Under the pieces are notes generated by a model that was given only the letters and a program-made list of their open reading frames with translations, was not told the DNA's origin and did no database searches. Shown here piece by piece: positions 11,746 to 24,950 of a stretch of DNA of 64,000 nucleotides. Origin of the DNA: Podarcis vaucheri. Its lineage: Eukaryota. Position 1 is the first letter of the stretch. Each line of letters opens with the position of its first letter. Made by a program: the position numbers and the translations under genes. The DNA is taken from the NCBI GenBank assembly GCA_965113315.1, contig OZ220363.1, one strand, 5' to 3'.

Positions 11746-14116
11746 GCCCCTGGAGCTTCAAAGGGAGCTCGACCTGTTAAGTTGCTGAACAAATATGCTA
11801 GACCTCTCCAATAAGGCTGCAAGAGCTCCATTTTATATCTGCACTCATAAAGATTTAATCACAACCACCAAACAGCACAAAGGTGAGATGAAATGAAGCA
11901 AAAGCAACGCTGCCAATCAATGGAGAGGGCCGTCATGCAGGAAACTCTTCTTGACCATCTTTTCTACTTGGCAAGATAACTTTATCTCAAATTCAACGCC
12001 ACAGCCACCACAAAATGCAGGGGGTGTTTTTCCTGGAAACGCTTTCAAAGAAAGTCCAGCTGTCAACAAGCTGACAAGAACAGAGGTGGCTGTGGTGAAA
12101 AACAAAATGTCCAAACAGATGAAATTAACAAAGCAAGAATGAAACTAACATGCCGTGTGGCAAGGTGAGGAGCCCACAGGTTAATTGTCAGTTCACTACA
12201 AACTGACCCAAGGAACGCTTAAAAGACAAGAAGGAATTTGAAAAGAGTCCACGTGTTGTGTAAACAATGAGAACAGGGAACAGGCATCTGGAGAAATTAA
12301 ATTGCAACCAGAAATGAAGCACTTTGAAGTCCAACAGATTTCAAAGGAGAAAGGTTCAAGCCTGTGTTGAGTCTCATGGAAATGAAAGGGATTTATATCC
12401 CAACTCAACCACTAAGGTCATCTGTAGGAGTGTCTTTGGTTGTCCCTCAATTTGGTGAGACTCAGGGCTTTTTCCAGCCAGAACTTGGTTCCAGCACCTT
12501 TCAGGTGAGTGCCATTGCCATTATAAGAGAACAAGGGAGGCACTCGTGGTGAGTTGCAGCACCTCTTTTTCGAGAAAAAATTGGTAAAACTTATCTGAAG
12601 CCATGAAACGGATCTTTCAGGGTGATCAGCCTGGTCTTGTGCAAGACTCTTCCAATCAAGATTCATGAGGCGTCCTCAATATTAATTTGTTTAACACTTT
12701 TTATGCCCACAGACTTTTGCAAAGAGAGGAAAAAAAACATATTCTGTTACAGTTACCTGATATTTCTATACACCACTCTGATCTTTCTTTTTAAAAAATG
12801 AAATTGTGGTATAGAAATATTTTTATACATATAAATAAATAGATAAAATTTTAAGTGCTCCGTTTTGGGTTGAATTTTGCCCCAAGTAACATAGGAATAA
12901 CATCTCACAGAGACTATATCCTCCGATTGACAAGAGCTGAAACATATATGACAAAAAGCTGAGTTTAGTTGAGAAAATACTGCAAGTGGCTTGTATCCAA
13001 TGTAGTGCTAAGGCTGAGGATTTTCCTTGCACAATAGATACTTCTCCCCTTCCCTTCCCTTCCCTTCCCTTCCCCTCCTCCTAAATAAAGATACAAAGCA
13101 GATTTGGGGATGGCACAGGGCATGTGTTGGGTGAGGAGAGGTGGGGATTATGCTAGCAGTAATCCTTGTGCCGACTTCTACTAGCAGAATGGGTTAGCTG
13201 AATATAGGCCAGTGATATAATGGCTTCTTATATGTCCCCCCCCCAATGTAATGCATTTAATTTTAGAAATATAACAAAAAGAAAAAGGTGGGTGGATGGG
13301 TTGCTCAAGCATGCTCTGTGATTCAGACAGAGGCCCATTGGCATTAACTTAACAGCAACTTTTCCATGGTTATTCACCATATGGCAGGACATGCAAGAAG
13401 GAGTAACCGAGGGGATTTTAGTTTCTCACCTTGTGATGACAACTTACTGTAAAATGTATAAGCTCCACTCAGTGCGGAACATTGGGCCTAGTTGTGATAC
13501 GTGATGATTTGATTTGGGGTTCAAATGTGAGCATCATTTCAGAAAGTTGGGACTGAAGCAAGTTCTTAACTGTGCAGTTCTCTGTATGTTTACTTTTTGT
13601 CCAGGGTGGGGGGCAAGTAGCATTTAGTTTATGATTGCACCCTTAAGCACCATAGCCCATTCCCAAGACAAGGACTGATATTTCAGTGATGCTATCAGCA
13701 ATCTGCTAGATTTTTTTTTTATACTAAAGGTGCTATTTGAAGTGTGTGCACATTTGGGATCTCGTGTTATGCCCAGAAGTGAAATGAGGTGACAAAGACA
13801 TTCAGGATTCAGTATACAGCAAATAACCACTGACAAACCTCATTGCTTTGATGGCTTCTCAGCTTTGGAAGTGAGACTATATTTTCATCTCTCTGTATTA
13901 ATGCCAGTGGTGGCACATCCTACAGATGAGCCAGAATTCTACAACAAGATTTCATTTGGCTTAGAAGAATGTGCAAATCATGTGGCAGTAGAAGAACTAG
14001 TGTATGACACAAACAAATCAATGCTCATGTAAACAGGGATGGAGTGCTGTAGAAGCTTGCAGGAGAAGAATTCATGCAGTTCTCTTGAGAGGTTTAATTG
14101 TTTTTAATGAAAGTAT

Positions 14117-15143
14117 GTTGCGTGTTGAGGTCCCCAAGCCATCCCTCAAATAACTCACAACTCACACATAATTTTTGTTTAAGGTTTTTGGCATAATTTT
14201 GGCCACAACTTTATTAACATACAGTGGTACCTCGGGTTACATACGCTTCAGGTTACATATGCTTCAGGTCACAGACTCCACTCCCAGAAATAGTGCTTCA
14301 GGTTAAGAACTTTGCTTCAGGATGAGAACAGAAATCGTGCTCCCGTGGCATGGCGGCAGCAGGAGGCCCCATTAGCTAAAGTGGTGCTTCAGGTTAAGAA
14401 CAGTTTCAGGTTAAGTACGGACCTCCGGAACAAATTAAATACTTAACCCAAGGTACCACTGTACATGATTGTTAGTGGTTGCTTAGGCATTGGTTAAGAC
14501 TATCTGCCCCCCCACACCTGGGGACAGAACTGACTTCTGGATTCCACCGAAAGTCAGTAAGGGAAAACAATAATGGGGAGAAATGGAGCTGAGCCACAGG
14601 CCCTCACTTCTCCCCGCATGCTCCCTGGGGCTTGCTGGCCCTAGCCCCATTCCAGGGATTTGGACGAAAGCATGGCAAACCCCTGGATTCCTTTAACGGA
14701 ATTCCCTTTCTGCAACAGCATTGGAGGGGAAGCCCAGCCAATCCTTGCCCCTCCTCCATCCAAATGATAACCAATGCCTAACTGCAACCTACAAGTTGTG
14801 ACAATTTGCTACGCAGTAGGCAAAAACCAAATGGTCCAGCCAATCAGCCAGATGGACAAAATTCATACCAGGTGCCTGCCCCAACGGCAGACGACCCCAT
14901 GACAGGCATAGCAAGGTCAATGCAAAAACCCTTAAATTCAGGGTGGGTGGGCAGGTGTTCCGATGCACGCAGAAAAAGAGAAAGTTCCAAGGCTGCGTTC
15001 ACAGAATATAAAGCATTCGATCCCTCCCAACAAATTGCAACACATAAATTACCCCAGCAACTCAACCATACAATCATTGCCACAGGCCATCCTTCCAACC
15101 CTGCCTGGCAACAGAGGGGCGGCCTGGCAGACCCCACTGCAAC
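14117..15143. mobile_element. Unclassified LTR-like repeat, interrupted by MITE 14222-14461
   Basis: Starts gttgcgtgttgaggtcccc (resembles 18846); minus-strand AATAAA near 14210; GC-richer than its flanks; no TSD found, boundaries uncertain. Confidence 0.3.
14222..14461. mobile_element. Tc1/mariner (Tigger-like) MITE
   Basis: TIR cagtggtacctcgggtta / taacccaaggtaccactg; TA TSD; same family as 44581, 52741 and 59998. Confidence 0.93.
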
Positions 15144-17200
15144 CCACGTTCTCTATGAGGGAGAACACTCTTTCTTTCTTGCATGGGGCCCAAGCTGGGG
15201 TGCCTGGGGTTCCCAGGTAATCTCTCATTTAGATATAGACCTACTAATAGTTCCTGATTTTATTTCCCTGAAAGAGCACTCTGAAGCAGAAACTGTAGAT
15301 TTGTGTGGTGCATCAATGAGCATAGTGTCTAAATGCTCAAAAGTGGGATAGAGTAGTCATGTGAATCAGTCCTAACTCATAGTACTTTGAGTTCAGATAC
15401 ACCAATACTGAGTTTCAGCTTTACTTCATACAGATCTATGATGGTGTGTATGCCACTTCATGAACTAACATCTGCATGGAGGAATCATCTGTGGGTGTAT
15501 TGTGGTTTGTTCCATATGTCCAGTTCTATCTTCCTGGGTGTTGGGTGTTTGTATAGAAGAAACCACTCATTGTCCCATTTACTGTGTGTTGTTTTTCCAT
15601 TCTGAAGTTCCCTAGAAGGACCACACAGGAAGAACTCTGATGATGTTGCTGAGTGTACGAAAAGGTGTTGAGATAAGGTCCAGTATTTGGAGATGTCTAA
15701 GCAGATGGCGAAGCTCATTATTGCATCTGCCAAGCAGGGATGGCTTCTCCTGAATTTTGTACTTAATACTTTGCTGTGCATATGAATGTTGTGCATTTAC
15801 ATTTTCTCTCTCTCTCTCTCTCTCTCTCCATTCAATTTCAAAACTCCAGATAAAAGCTTCTCAAGTGCTTATACCTTCATGCAAGCATTATTGACTTCTT
15901 GATTGAAAAGCAAGTCTTTTCTGTTTATGAACATTTTTGTGAAATGCAACCTGGCATTTCTCATCACTATTCCCGGCAGTCTTCTCTTATAAAACTTAAT
16001 GGATGTCAAAAATGAGTCAAATGAATCAAGTATGAAAAATAAATAGACAAAAGGGAGAACCTGTGTATGTTAACAAATGTCACACACACCCCAAAAAAGA
16101 AGAGGAAGGGGGGATCTCTGTAAATTAAAAACTCCAGGCAGGGAGAAGCACCTCCTTAAAATATATGCAAGCTGTTATCAGGGAAGTTTTGCTACTTGCT
16201 GAGAGTAGTTTGTATATTGTGTGGTTTTCCCAAATAGTTTTCGGTTTATGAAGGGGCTGAGATGTGGGAAGAGGGGGGATCTTTCCTTTCCACTGATTTA
16301 GGCAGATTAACTGGCCTAATTGGGCCTAAGCTGCTGTGAAGAGAGAAAGAAAAAGGTGAAAGCACAGGCTCTCCAAGTCCTCAAGTCACATCCTCCTGGT
16401 TGACTGGTCTGCTTAGCCAAGCTGAAACTGGTCTTATTGTCATGTTGGGTGCATTAATTGGAGTGCAGACTAATTTGCAAGAATGCTTTAGTGCCCTTTA
16501 AAAGGTGATTTAAAATTCAAAGTGATGGAAATTGTATAAAAGCATGCTGATCTGATCATTACCCAGAATTCAGCTTGACATTTCTTCTGTTTATCTGTTT
16601 TTATTATTTAGGTTTTAAGTACACCATGGAAGACTTGCGCAATTCTGCAACAATACACTAGGTTCCCTGGAATGCCTGATAATGCCTCATTTAAAAAAAG
16701 AATCAAAGAATACAGAGTGCAGGGATTTCTACTTCTGGTTAAACAAATGAATATATTTTATCGGTGGTATTATCAGAGAAGCTATTTTCTTATATTTCAT
16801 TTTATTTCACGGCAGTACGGAAGGATAAGCTTATTAGGATACCAGATGGAGCAATAGCACAAATGTTCTAATAAAACAGACTTAAATACAGTGATAATGG
16901 TGAACCTGACGTACAGTTTCCATTAGAAAGGGTATAAATTTATTGTTTAATGCATTTGGATTGTAAGCTCCTCGAGCACGGAAAAAGGATTTGCTTCATA
17001 ACTTGCTTTGGATAGCAGGTCACTTCGCCTCGGACAGCTTCAGATAAGCCCTTTTCTGCCTTAGGTCCAAAGCAGAATTGATGTAGGACTAACATAATAT
17101 GGTCTGAAAAGTGCAAACCAGAAAGCATTCTGGCTGCTGGATTTGACAGTTTATGAAGGCTCTTCAAGAGTATCCCCACATACGGGGTGTTGAATGGCCC

Positions 17201-17745
17201 ATAATAATAATAATTTATTATTTATACCCCAACCATCTGGCTGGGTTTCCCCAGCCACTCTGGGCAGCTTCCAACACAATATTAAAAATATAGCAAAACA
17301 TCAAACATTAAAAACTTCCCTAAACAGGGCTGCCTTCAGATGTCTTCTAAAAGTCATTGACATCTGATGGAAGGGTGTTCCACAGGGTGGGTGCCACTAC
17401 TGAGAAGGCCCTCTGCCTGGTTCCCTGTAACCCCACTTCTTGCAGTGAGGGAACCGCCAGAAGGCCCTCGGTGCTAGATCTCAGTGTCCGGGCTGAATGA
17501 TGGGGGTGGAGATGCTCCTTCAGGTATACTGGGCCGAGGCCATTTAGGGCTTTAAAGGTCAACATCAACACTTTGAATTGTGCTCGGAAATGTACTGGGA
17601 GCCAATGTAGGTCTTTCAGGACTGGTGTTATTTGGTTTGGTGGCCACTCCCAGTCACCAGTCAAGCTGCCGCATTCTGGATTAGTTGCAGTTTTGGGGTC
17701 ACCTTCAAAGTTAGCCCCACGTAGTGCGCATTGCAGCAGTGGATC
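17201..17745 (-). mobile_element. L2 LINE 3' fragment
   Basis: ORF 17347-17754: ITPVLKDLHWLPVHFRAQFKVL..TFKALNGLGPVYL..RAFSVVAPTLWNTLP; terminal stem-loop tggctggg-aaac-ccagcca and (TTA)n tail. Confidence 0.93.
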
Positions 17746-18845
17746 TACCAGCAAGGATGCTAAATATATGGTACAGTAAGCCAGTTACTGTGTTAGACAA
17801 ATTGGACACTAGCTGATGATATCACCACCGCCCAGAGGAGCAGGGAAGGCCTACTCCGTTTACCCATCTTCTCAAGGAAGCACATCCAGCTAATAGCTTC
17901 TGTGGCAACCAATCCCCTGCACTCTCTAAAAATACTGAGCAGACTTGGCAAGAGCCATAAATAAAGAGACTGGTCTGACCATATTAGCAGTCTCTTTTTC
18001 TGTATACCCACATCTTACAGATGTAAAGCCACAAGCTTGGAAGGGACTCCAAAGATGGCGGCCAGACTCACCACTCAGTTTCTGTAACAGTGCCTCCACA
18101 TCACAGGTAAAACATGGTTATCAAAATGTCAGGTAGATGGTGGGGTGGGGACTTCCTAAAAGAACTGGAAATCCTCAGAGCCCCACACCAACCTCTTACT
18201 TCAGAGGAGGCATGGTGAGTCCCTTACTCCTGACTAGAAGGCGTGGGTGCTCTGATCATCGCAAACATATGATTTCCCTACACGTTCTTCACTTGAAAGC
18301 CTTTCCCAACTTTCTTCTTAGGACCCCCCTAATAATTTTTGGCTTGCCACTGGGTATTTAGACCCAGAGAGCCCCCAGTCCAGGCTGCCTTGGATTGGCA
18401 GCTGTCTTTTCCTCTTGTTCTTCATTTTAGGAAAGGCTTCCAAGCTTCGGTTCTTCTTCACTTCCCTCACTGACCACTGGCCGCTGATGATACGAAAACA
18501 AACATTTTCATATTATTATTACTGTATATGTCCTTTTTCATATTTCTGTTGCACACCACTTTTGAAACATTTTTGGTAAAGTGATTTATAAATCCTTTAA
18601 AAAATCAAATAAAATTGGCGTGATGTATTGTTTATGTTAAGTCACTGTTGTAGCCTCTGCACTATTTGCAGCTTTCTTGCCATTATTCCTATTAATCGAT
18701 AGCTGGCAACTGTCTGTATTATGGTATGTTTCAAAAAAAAATGCTTAGCATAGCAACCTTGTCTACATAAAACATATTTAATTTGTGTGGAAAAGCTACA
18801 GTGATGTATGATTTCACCCATCCCCCCCACCATTTGTCTCTTACA

Positions 18846-19106
18846 GTTGCGTGGCAAGGTCCCAAACCCTCCTGAGATGAAGCAAAAGGGGGTGAGTCCT
18901 CGACCGTGGGCAATTTAAATAGCCCAAACCACGCCCCCAGACTGACTGGATTGGTCGGCCCCAAGGGATGACGCGGCCAAGGACTCCAATGACGCCAGAG
19001 CTATCCCGCCCCATGCGCGTGGGTCAGACTTGTGCCCAGCCTGCAATGTCATCTTCCTGGGAACGGGAAATGGCTTTCCTGTTGGTGATTTTTTTGGTCG
19101 CACAAC
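18846..19106. mobile_element. Unclassified short CpG-rich, LTR-like/promoter-like element
   Basis: Imperfect inverted ends gttgcgtg / cgcacaac; flanks ttaca / ttgca (4/5); contains CCAAT, GC-box and TGACG motifs. Confidence 0.35.
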
Positions 19107-19315
19107 TTGCATCCATGGACGGGTAAATTTGTCAGTTTTCATTTCTCTTTTTTCCGATCTTAAGTTCACATCAGTTTGCATTATTTATTTGTTTTTTTTA
19201 AATTCTCCTGGTGAAAATTCATTAGCATTTTGGCACAATTTACCCTCAATATACAGGCAGCGACCGATTTATGCACATCCAATTGACATGTGACTGTGCA
19301 CTCACACATCACAGC

Positions 19316-19868
19316 TGTTAGGATATAGTTCCATTCCACCTTAAAAGGGTACAGGCATGACGTTTGTGTATCACATGCCTGTTTGCTCCCAGCACTGTCT
19401 GCTGGGAACTTCTGTTGTATATTGCTTTTGTATATATATGCCTGTTTCACTGGACACAAAGGCAAGCAGTCATGTTTTCCTTTGTTCCTGAACTACGTTG
19501 AATAAAGCTGTAAATATGCTTTCTCTGTCTGCATCTTCCGTTGTGGATGATTTATACACTCTGCTGACAGAGTGTGCATGGGTCTCGGAACGTACCTGAG
19601 GCTCGTGTCAGTGGCGTAGTGTGGGTTGTCAGCACCCGGGGCAAGGCAAGTAATTTGCGCCCCCTAACCCGTGGATTTGCACCCCCTAACCCTAACCCCC
19701 AGATGTTGCGCCCGGTGCGGCCGGCCCCCCCTGCATCCCCCACGCTACGCCACTGGCTCGTGTCACTAATTGACTGATGCTGTTCCAAGGGAGACCAGTA
19801 ATCGCCTGGAGCCACCAGGGTGCCTGACTGATGCCCCCCCCCCCCGTCTCCCTGGCAGTATCCCAACA
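19316..19868 (+). mobile_element. Solo LTR (probably Gypsy-type) with nested MITE
   Basis: Ends tgttaggata / tatcccaaca; TSD acagc / gcagc; TATA-like tatatatat near 19431; AATAAA at 19501. Confidence 0.75.
19609..19755. mobile_element. hAT MITE (147 bp)
   Basis: TIR cagtggcgtagtgtgg / ccacgctacgccactg; perfect 8-bp TSD gctcgtgt. Confidence 0.93.
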
Positions 19869-20045
19869 GCAGCGACCCAGAAGTGGCTGGAAAAGGGGGC
19901 AGTACAGGAGGTGGAATGGGGTCAGGGCGGAGCAGGATGACCTGGAACACAACCCCCACACAAATCAGGGCTGAAAAAAGCCCTACCTGTACCCATTAGG
20001 TATGCAGTTGTGCTGAATATGCACATTTCTCCAAAGGAATTTCTT

Positions 20046-20114
<69 letters not shown>
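20046..20114. repeat. Compound microsatellite (CT)n(GT)n(GA)n
   Basis: Read directly from the sequence. Confidence 0.95.
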
Positions 20115-20117
<3 letters not shown>

Positions 20118-20124
20118 GGTCCTG

Positions 20125-20221
20125 CAGGCAGGTTTTGCACCGGCACCTGGTTGGCCACTGTGAGAAGAAAGCGCTGGACTAGGTGGTTCATTTGCCTGAT
20201 CCACCTCTTCTTATGTTCTTA
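20125..20221 (+). mobile_element. CR1-type 3' tail fragment
   Basis: ggcacctggttggccactgtgag...ctgatcca..tcttcttatgttctta. Confidence 0.65.
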
Positions 20222-21659
20222 AGGCCAGAAAAGACTTGTCCCTGTGACCTTGGAGAAATAGACATAGTAGATATGGCACCTTCATTGGCTTCACAACTCC
20301 CATGAACCTAACTTGTCTCCTTCTCTCTATTTCTCACTCTTCTTTACAAGAGGAAAGATAGGAAGGAGAGCAATATCATTTTATTTATTTATTTATTTAT
20401 TTTAAAAAAACTATTTAAATAGATGTGAAATGTTACCAGGTGCTGGCGTAAAGAACTCAAATACACAACCCAACAGATTGACATATTTTAGTGATACAGT
20501 CGTATTTTATATAAATCCATAGCCACTGTATCAGTGATGGAATGAATTATCTCTACATGTTCCTTGCTAAACAAAAAACAACCCACAACACAACACTTTT
20601 GCAAATGTTTGACATATTTTGTGGGGCAGAACCACGTGTGTCTTGTCAAGTGACATAACTCTACAAGACAAATGCCATATGCCAAAAATTAGAAAGCTCT
20701 GTGTTCATCTCCAAGCGATGTGCCTTCTACATTAGCATTTATAAAGCACTAGATTTATCTTTCTGCCTTTATGCAATAAAAAGTATGCAAAGCGAGAGAA
20801 ACAAGACAACATCAGCAAGATGGTCTGGCTCTCGATGTGTCATTTTTATTCAAAAGTCCAAAATGTTAGCATTCTGTCAGAATACTGCAAACAAACACAA
20901 GCAAAAGTAAGCCTGTTCAAATCAGAATCATTTACCTGCACATATGTACGTGGCCCTTTGGAAAGGTGCATAGATAGGCTCCCATCATTTAACATGTGAG
21001 GAGGGCTGCCAACTTCATAATTTAAAGAACCATGGGGTGAAATGCTCTTTGGTGTTTGTTCTCCAAACCCATCATTCCCCGAGAACTGGTCTCAGGACAG
21101 ATTGACTACATATTCAAATCTGCATTTCAGAGTGAATGAATGGTCTACCTTTTCTTGTGTGGAAAAGGATTGGCTGGAAAAGAAGCCCAGGAGCCATTGT
21201 CTCCCTCATCTTCCTGGGGTGCTGGGTTACAAGAATGATCTGCTGTGGTACCTTCCTCGCAGCTCTGCCATAGGAGGAAAGGCATGGTCTGGGAGAATAA
21301 CCCTGAGGTGAAGACCCCTGTGGAGGCACACCTGTGCCAGAGCTACATATTTCATTGTAGGGTGCAAATGTCTGTCCTCTACCACACCTCCCTAATTGTG
21401 AACTCCGAGCTGTAAACCTGCATGCAACCCCAAAGTAAACAGGGGGAAGAATTTACTGATCCCGAAAGATTCTCACAGAAAGCCTTTTACAGTGCTTGTT
21501 GTTTAGATGCACCTTAACAAGTCTGAAAGATCAATCATGGTGATTGATGGTGATGATCATGGTGATGATCATGGTGGGTTATCTGGATTCCAGATAACTT
21601 GGGCACAGGTACCCACAAGAAAGCTTCTCCTCTAACACCGCTGGCTTAACTTGATTAAA

Positions 21660-21902
21660 GAAGAGTTTGGATTTGATATCCCGCCTTTCACTCCCTTTAA
21701 GGAGTCTCAAAGCCGCTAACATTCTCCTTTCCCTTCCTCCCCCACAACAAACACTCTGTGAGGTGAGTGAGGCTGAGAGACTTCAAGGAAGTGTGACTGG
21801 CCCAAGGTCACCCAGCAGCTGCATGTGGAGGAGCGGGGAAGCGAACCCGGTTCACCAGATTACGAGACTACCGCTCTTAACCACTACACCACACTGGCTC
21901 TC
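21660..21902 (-). mobile_element. tRNA-derived MIR/Ther1-related SINE (Squam3-like)
   Basis: Minus strand: tggtgtagtggttaagag A box, gggttcgc B box, CORE-like gggtgaccttgggccagtcac, (TTC) tail; short TSD ttaaa; family name is from recall. Confidence 0.88.
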
Positions 21903-22188
21903 TTAAAACAGTGAGGATCATAATTGTATTGCATACCATAGTCAGGGATAGGAAAGCTCACAAGGGGTCTTAAGAGACAGCTATAATCTTCACTCATAAT
22001 CTAAAATATAGCCAACAAAGGATGGTGGGGGCTGGCAGCAGTGGTATCATAGGAAGGCAGAAGAAAGAAGAGAGTTGGTTCACTATTGCTGTTTCTCTTA
22101 AAGTAAGTTGGGGACAGGAAGTGGGCTGTAGCAACTTCCTTTAAATGTTACACACACACACAAATATCATATGAAGTAATTATAACTG

Positions 22189-22467
22189 GAAGGACTCACT
22201 GGAAGGACAGATCCTGAAGCTGAGGCTCCAATTCTTTGGCCACCTCATGAGAAGAGAGGACTCCCTGGAAAAGACCCTGATGTTGGGAAAGATGGAGGGC
22301 ACAAGGAGAAGGGGACGACAGAGGACGAGATGGTTGGACAGTGTTCTCGAAGTGACTAACATGAGTTTGACCAAACTGCAGGAGGCAGTGGAAAACAGGA
22401 GTGCCTGGGTGCTCTGGTCCATGGGGTTACGAAGAGTCGGACATGACTAAATGACTAAACAACAACA
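22189..22467 (+). mobile_element. Bov-B (RTE clade) LINE 3' fragment
   Basis: ORF MRREDSLEKTLMLGKMEGTRRRGRQRTRWLD; tail gtcggacatgactaa..(CAA)n; 11-bp TSD aattataactg. Confidence 0.96.
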
Positions 22468-23367
22468 AATTATAACTGTTAACTGCTCAGTAGACTAAGC
22501 AGAAAATGTGATGCCCACAATTACGCAATTGCCACCTTGAAAAGGAGTATTATTGTCAATCACTAAAATACTGAAGAGTGCTGGCTATTAGTGGTGTGCT
22601 AACATTTCCCCTGTTCTAACCCAGCTTTCATTTCAGTGGAGGGCAAATGCCTAGGTGCTTTACTCAGATCATCAAAGTGATACAAGAAAGATGAAGCAGC
22701 CATTAGAATTTAATCATGGTAATTTCAAATGATTTTTTGTATTTCTAAGCCTTTTAAATATTAAGGTTTGTTTTTACTACAAGAAGCAATTTAACAATGT
22801 CTTTCTCCAGTATTCGAGACAGGAGAAGATTATTAATTAAAATAAATTATTCTCACTTTTCGCTTCTGAATTTTGTATTTTGGCCTGAAGTAAAAGGTAA
22901 GTTCTGAGCTCCTTGATAATGTATGGAAGCAATTAGGCAGATTTCTTTTTTTACTATAAGGCTTGCAGATAAGGCTTTTGGTTAAATATATAACAGAAAG
23001 ATATATACACAATATACACACAGAGCTAAGATGAAAATGACTAAATCATTGTAATGAGTGCCACAGAAAATGAATGAGAGGGAAAGTCAATATGTTGTTA
23101 ATGTCTTCTCTTTCAGTCCTGTTGGAGCCTAATTAATCTGGTTCAAACTTATGAACTTTCTCTGCTCTGTTGTAAGTGCGGCGCAGAACGTTGACATACG
23201 TCTTACATCGCTTGATGTAGGCAAGTTTCATAGAACTGCATTTCTGGGCCTGGCATTTGTAGGCTAAATTAGAAGTGTGGGGAGCAAACAAATGAGGATT
23301 TGGGGAAAGTGGTTAACTTTTTAAAAGGTTCTTAGAAGATTTCATTTTCTCTGCTGGTCTAATTCCA

Positions 23368-23402
<35 letters not shown>

Positions 23403-23454
23403 CACGTGTGTGTGTGTGCGTGTGTGTGCGTGCGTGCGTGTGCATGCGTGTGTG
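23368..23454. repeat. Alternating purine-pyrimidine (GT/GC)n tract
   Basis: gtgtgt...gcgcgcgc...gtgcgt read directly. Confidence 0.95.
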
Positions 23455-24712
23455 GCAGGGGAGACCAATAGCATCCAGGGGAGCCGCGCTGGTGGGGCTC
23501 CATGCTATCCCAGGGATGCATAGAAACCTCAACAACTCTGTACAACTCCCCACCTGCAATTATTTGCCTTCCACTTTCACATGCATGGACGCATGATAAC
23601 AAACACATAGAAACTGACAGAAGATGGTGTTACTGTTCTTGTGGCATCAAGCCATAACCCTTTACCTTCAATGCCAATGATAAATCAGCTCAGCATAACC
23701 AAATGGTGGGAAATTGCTGTGCTAGCCTCGTGAAATTCTTACTCCTGGGAACATGCCTTCTCTAGTGGAAAGAAATATGAACTTGGCAAACAGAAATGTT
23801 AAATGGTAATGTCATGCTTCCATCACAGTTGTGCGGTTCATATTAGTGATTATGTTTACACCAGTTAGCCTGAATTTTGCCCTCAGCCCAAACAGTTTAG
23901 GCATTTGATCCACATGAATTATTGCTTTAAAGATGGAGACTCTTAAGGCACTCTTGGTTTTGGTACAATGCTGAAGCAGTAAAGTGGACCGCTTGTTTTT
24001 AGCTTTTCACAATGAGCCAGATATCTGCAACCTTACTGTACTGTAGATGAAATAATGAGTAAAAAATGGATGCTGTGGGATGCTATGGGAAAGGCATATA
24101 ACACATATGCAAGTGCTTGGATGGCCTGTGACTTTTTCTCCAAGATAGGCATAGATTCTGAGATACTGCAACCAACTTATAAACCAACTAGTTTGCATAT
24201 AATGTCTTTATGCATTATGAATTATTTGGAAAAAAATATTCAAACCCCCGGAATATTCATCTGGAATCACCTAAAATAACAATTCCAAATAACTACTCAT
24301 TAACGAGACTTACATATCTTGTTACTATAGAAACAGAGGGGAAGCAAATAAAAGTGGGGTAGTTCCTCATTTCTAAAAATGGCACATATTAATATCATTA
24401 GAATAGCAATGATATTATTACTCAATATATATTAGTATAAGTAACACCATACCCTATGAGGAAATATACACACTGACAAGGTGGAAAGTTAATTATCAGA
24501 TAGCTTGATGAAACCTAAAGAAAGGTCAGTAAAGAAAATATATAACAAAAGCACTATGGGTTATTAAATTAACACTAAAAATAAAACTACAGTCACTTTC
24601 CTGATGTTTACATGGCATAAAGAACATGTTGTCATGTGGGGAAGGACACATGTATACATTCCCCTGTCTGGCACATTCATAATACGGCGAGTGACATGGG
24701 CAGTCCATGCAA

Positions 24713-24950
24713 GTCTAGGACAAACATCAAGTCTAGGACAAATAGACTGAAAAACAGTTTCTATCCAAGAGCTGTGGCCTTTTTGAATGCTGTAACTCGA
24801 TAGTGAGACCTGGGAGTTTGATGGGTGTGGGTGTGGTTGGAAGGTGGTTTGTTTGGTTGTTGCTGTTGTTTTGCTTTTGTTGTTTTTAAGGGTTGGCATC
24901 CAATTTCGTTGCACTTGTGCAATGTTGCACTAGTGTAATGACAATAAAGA

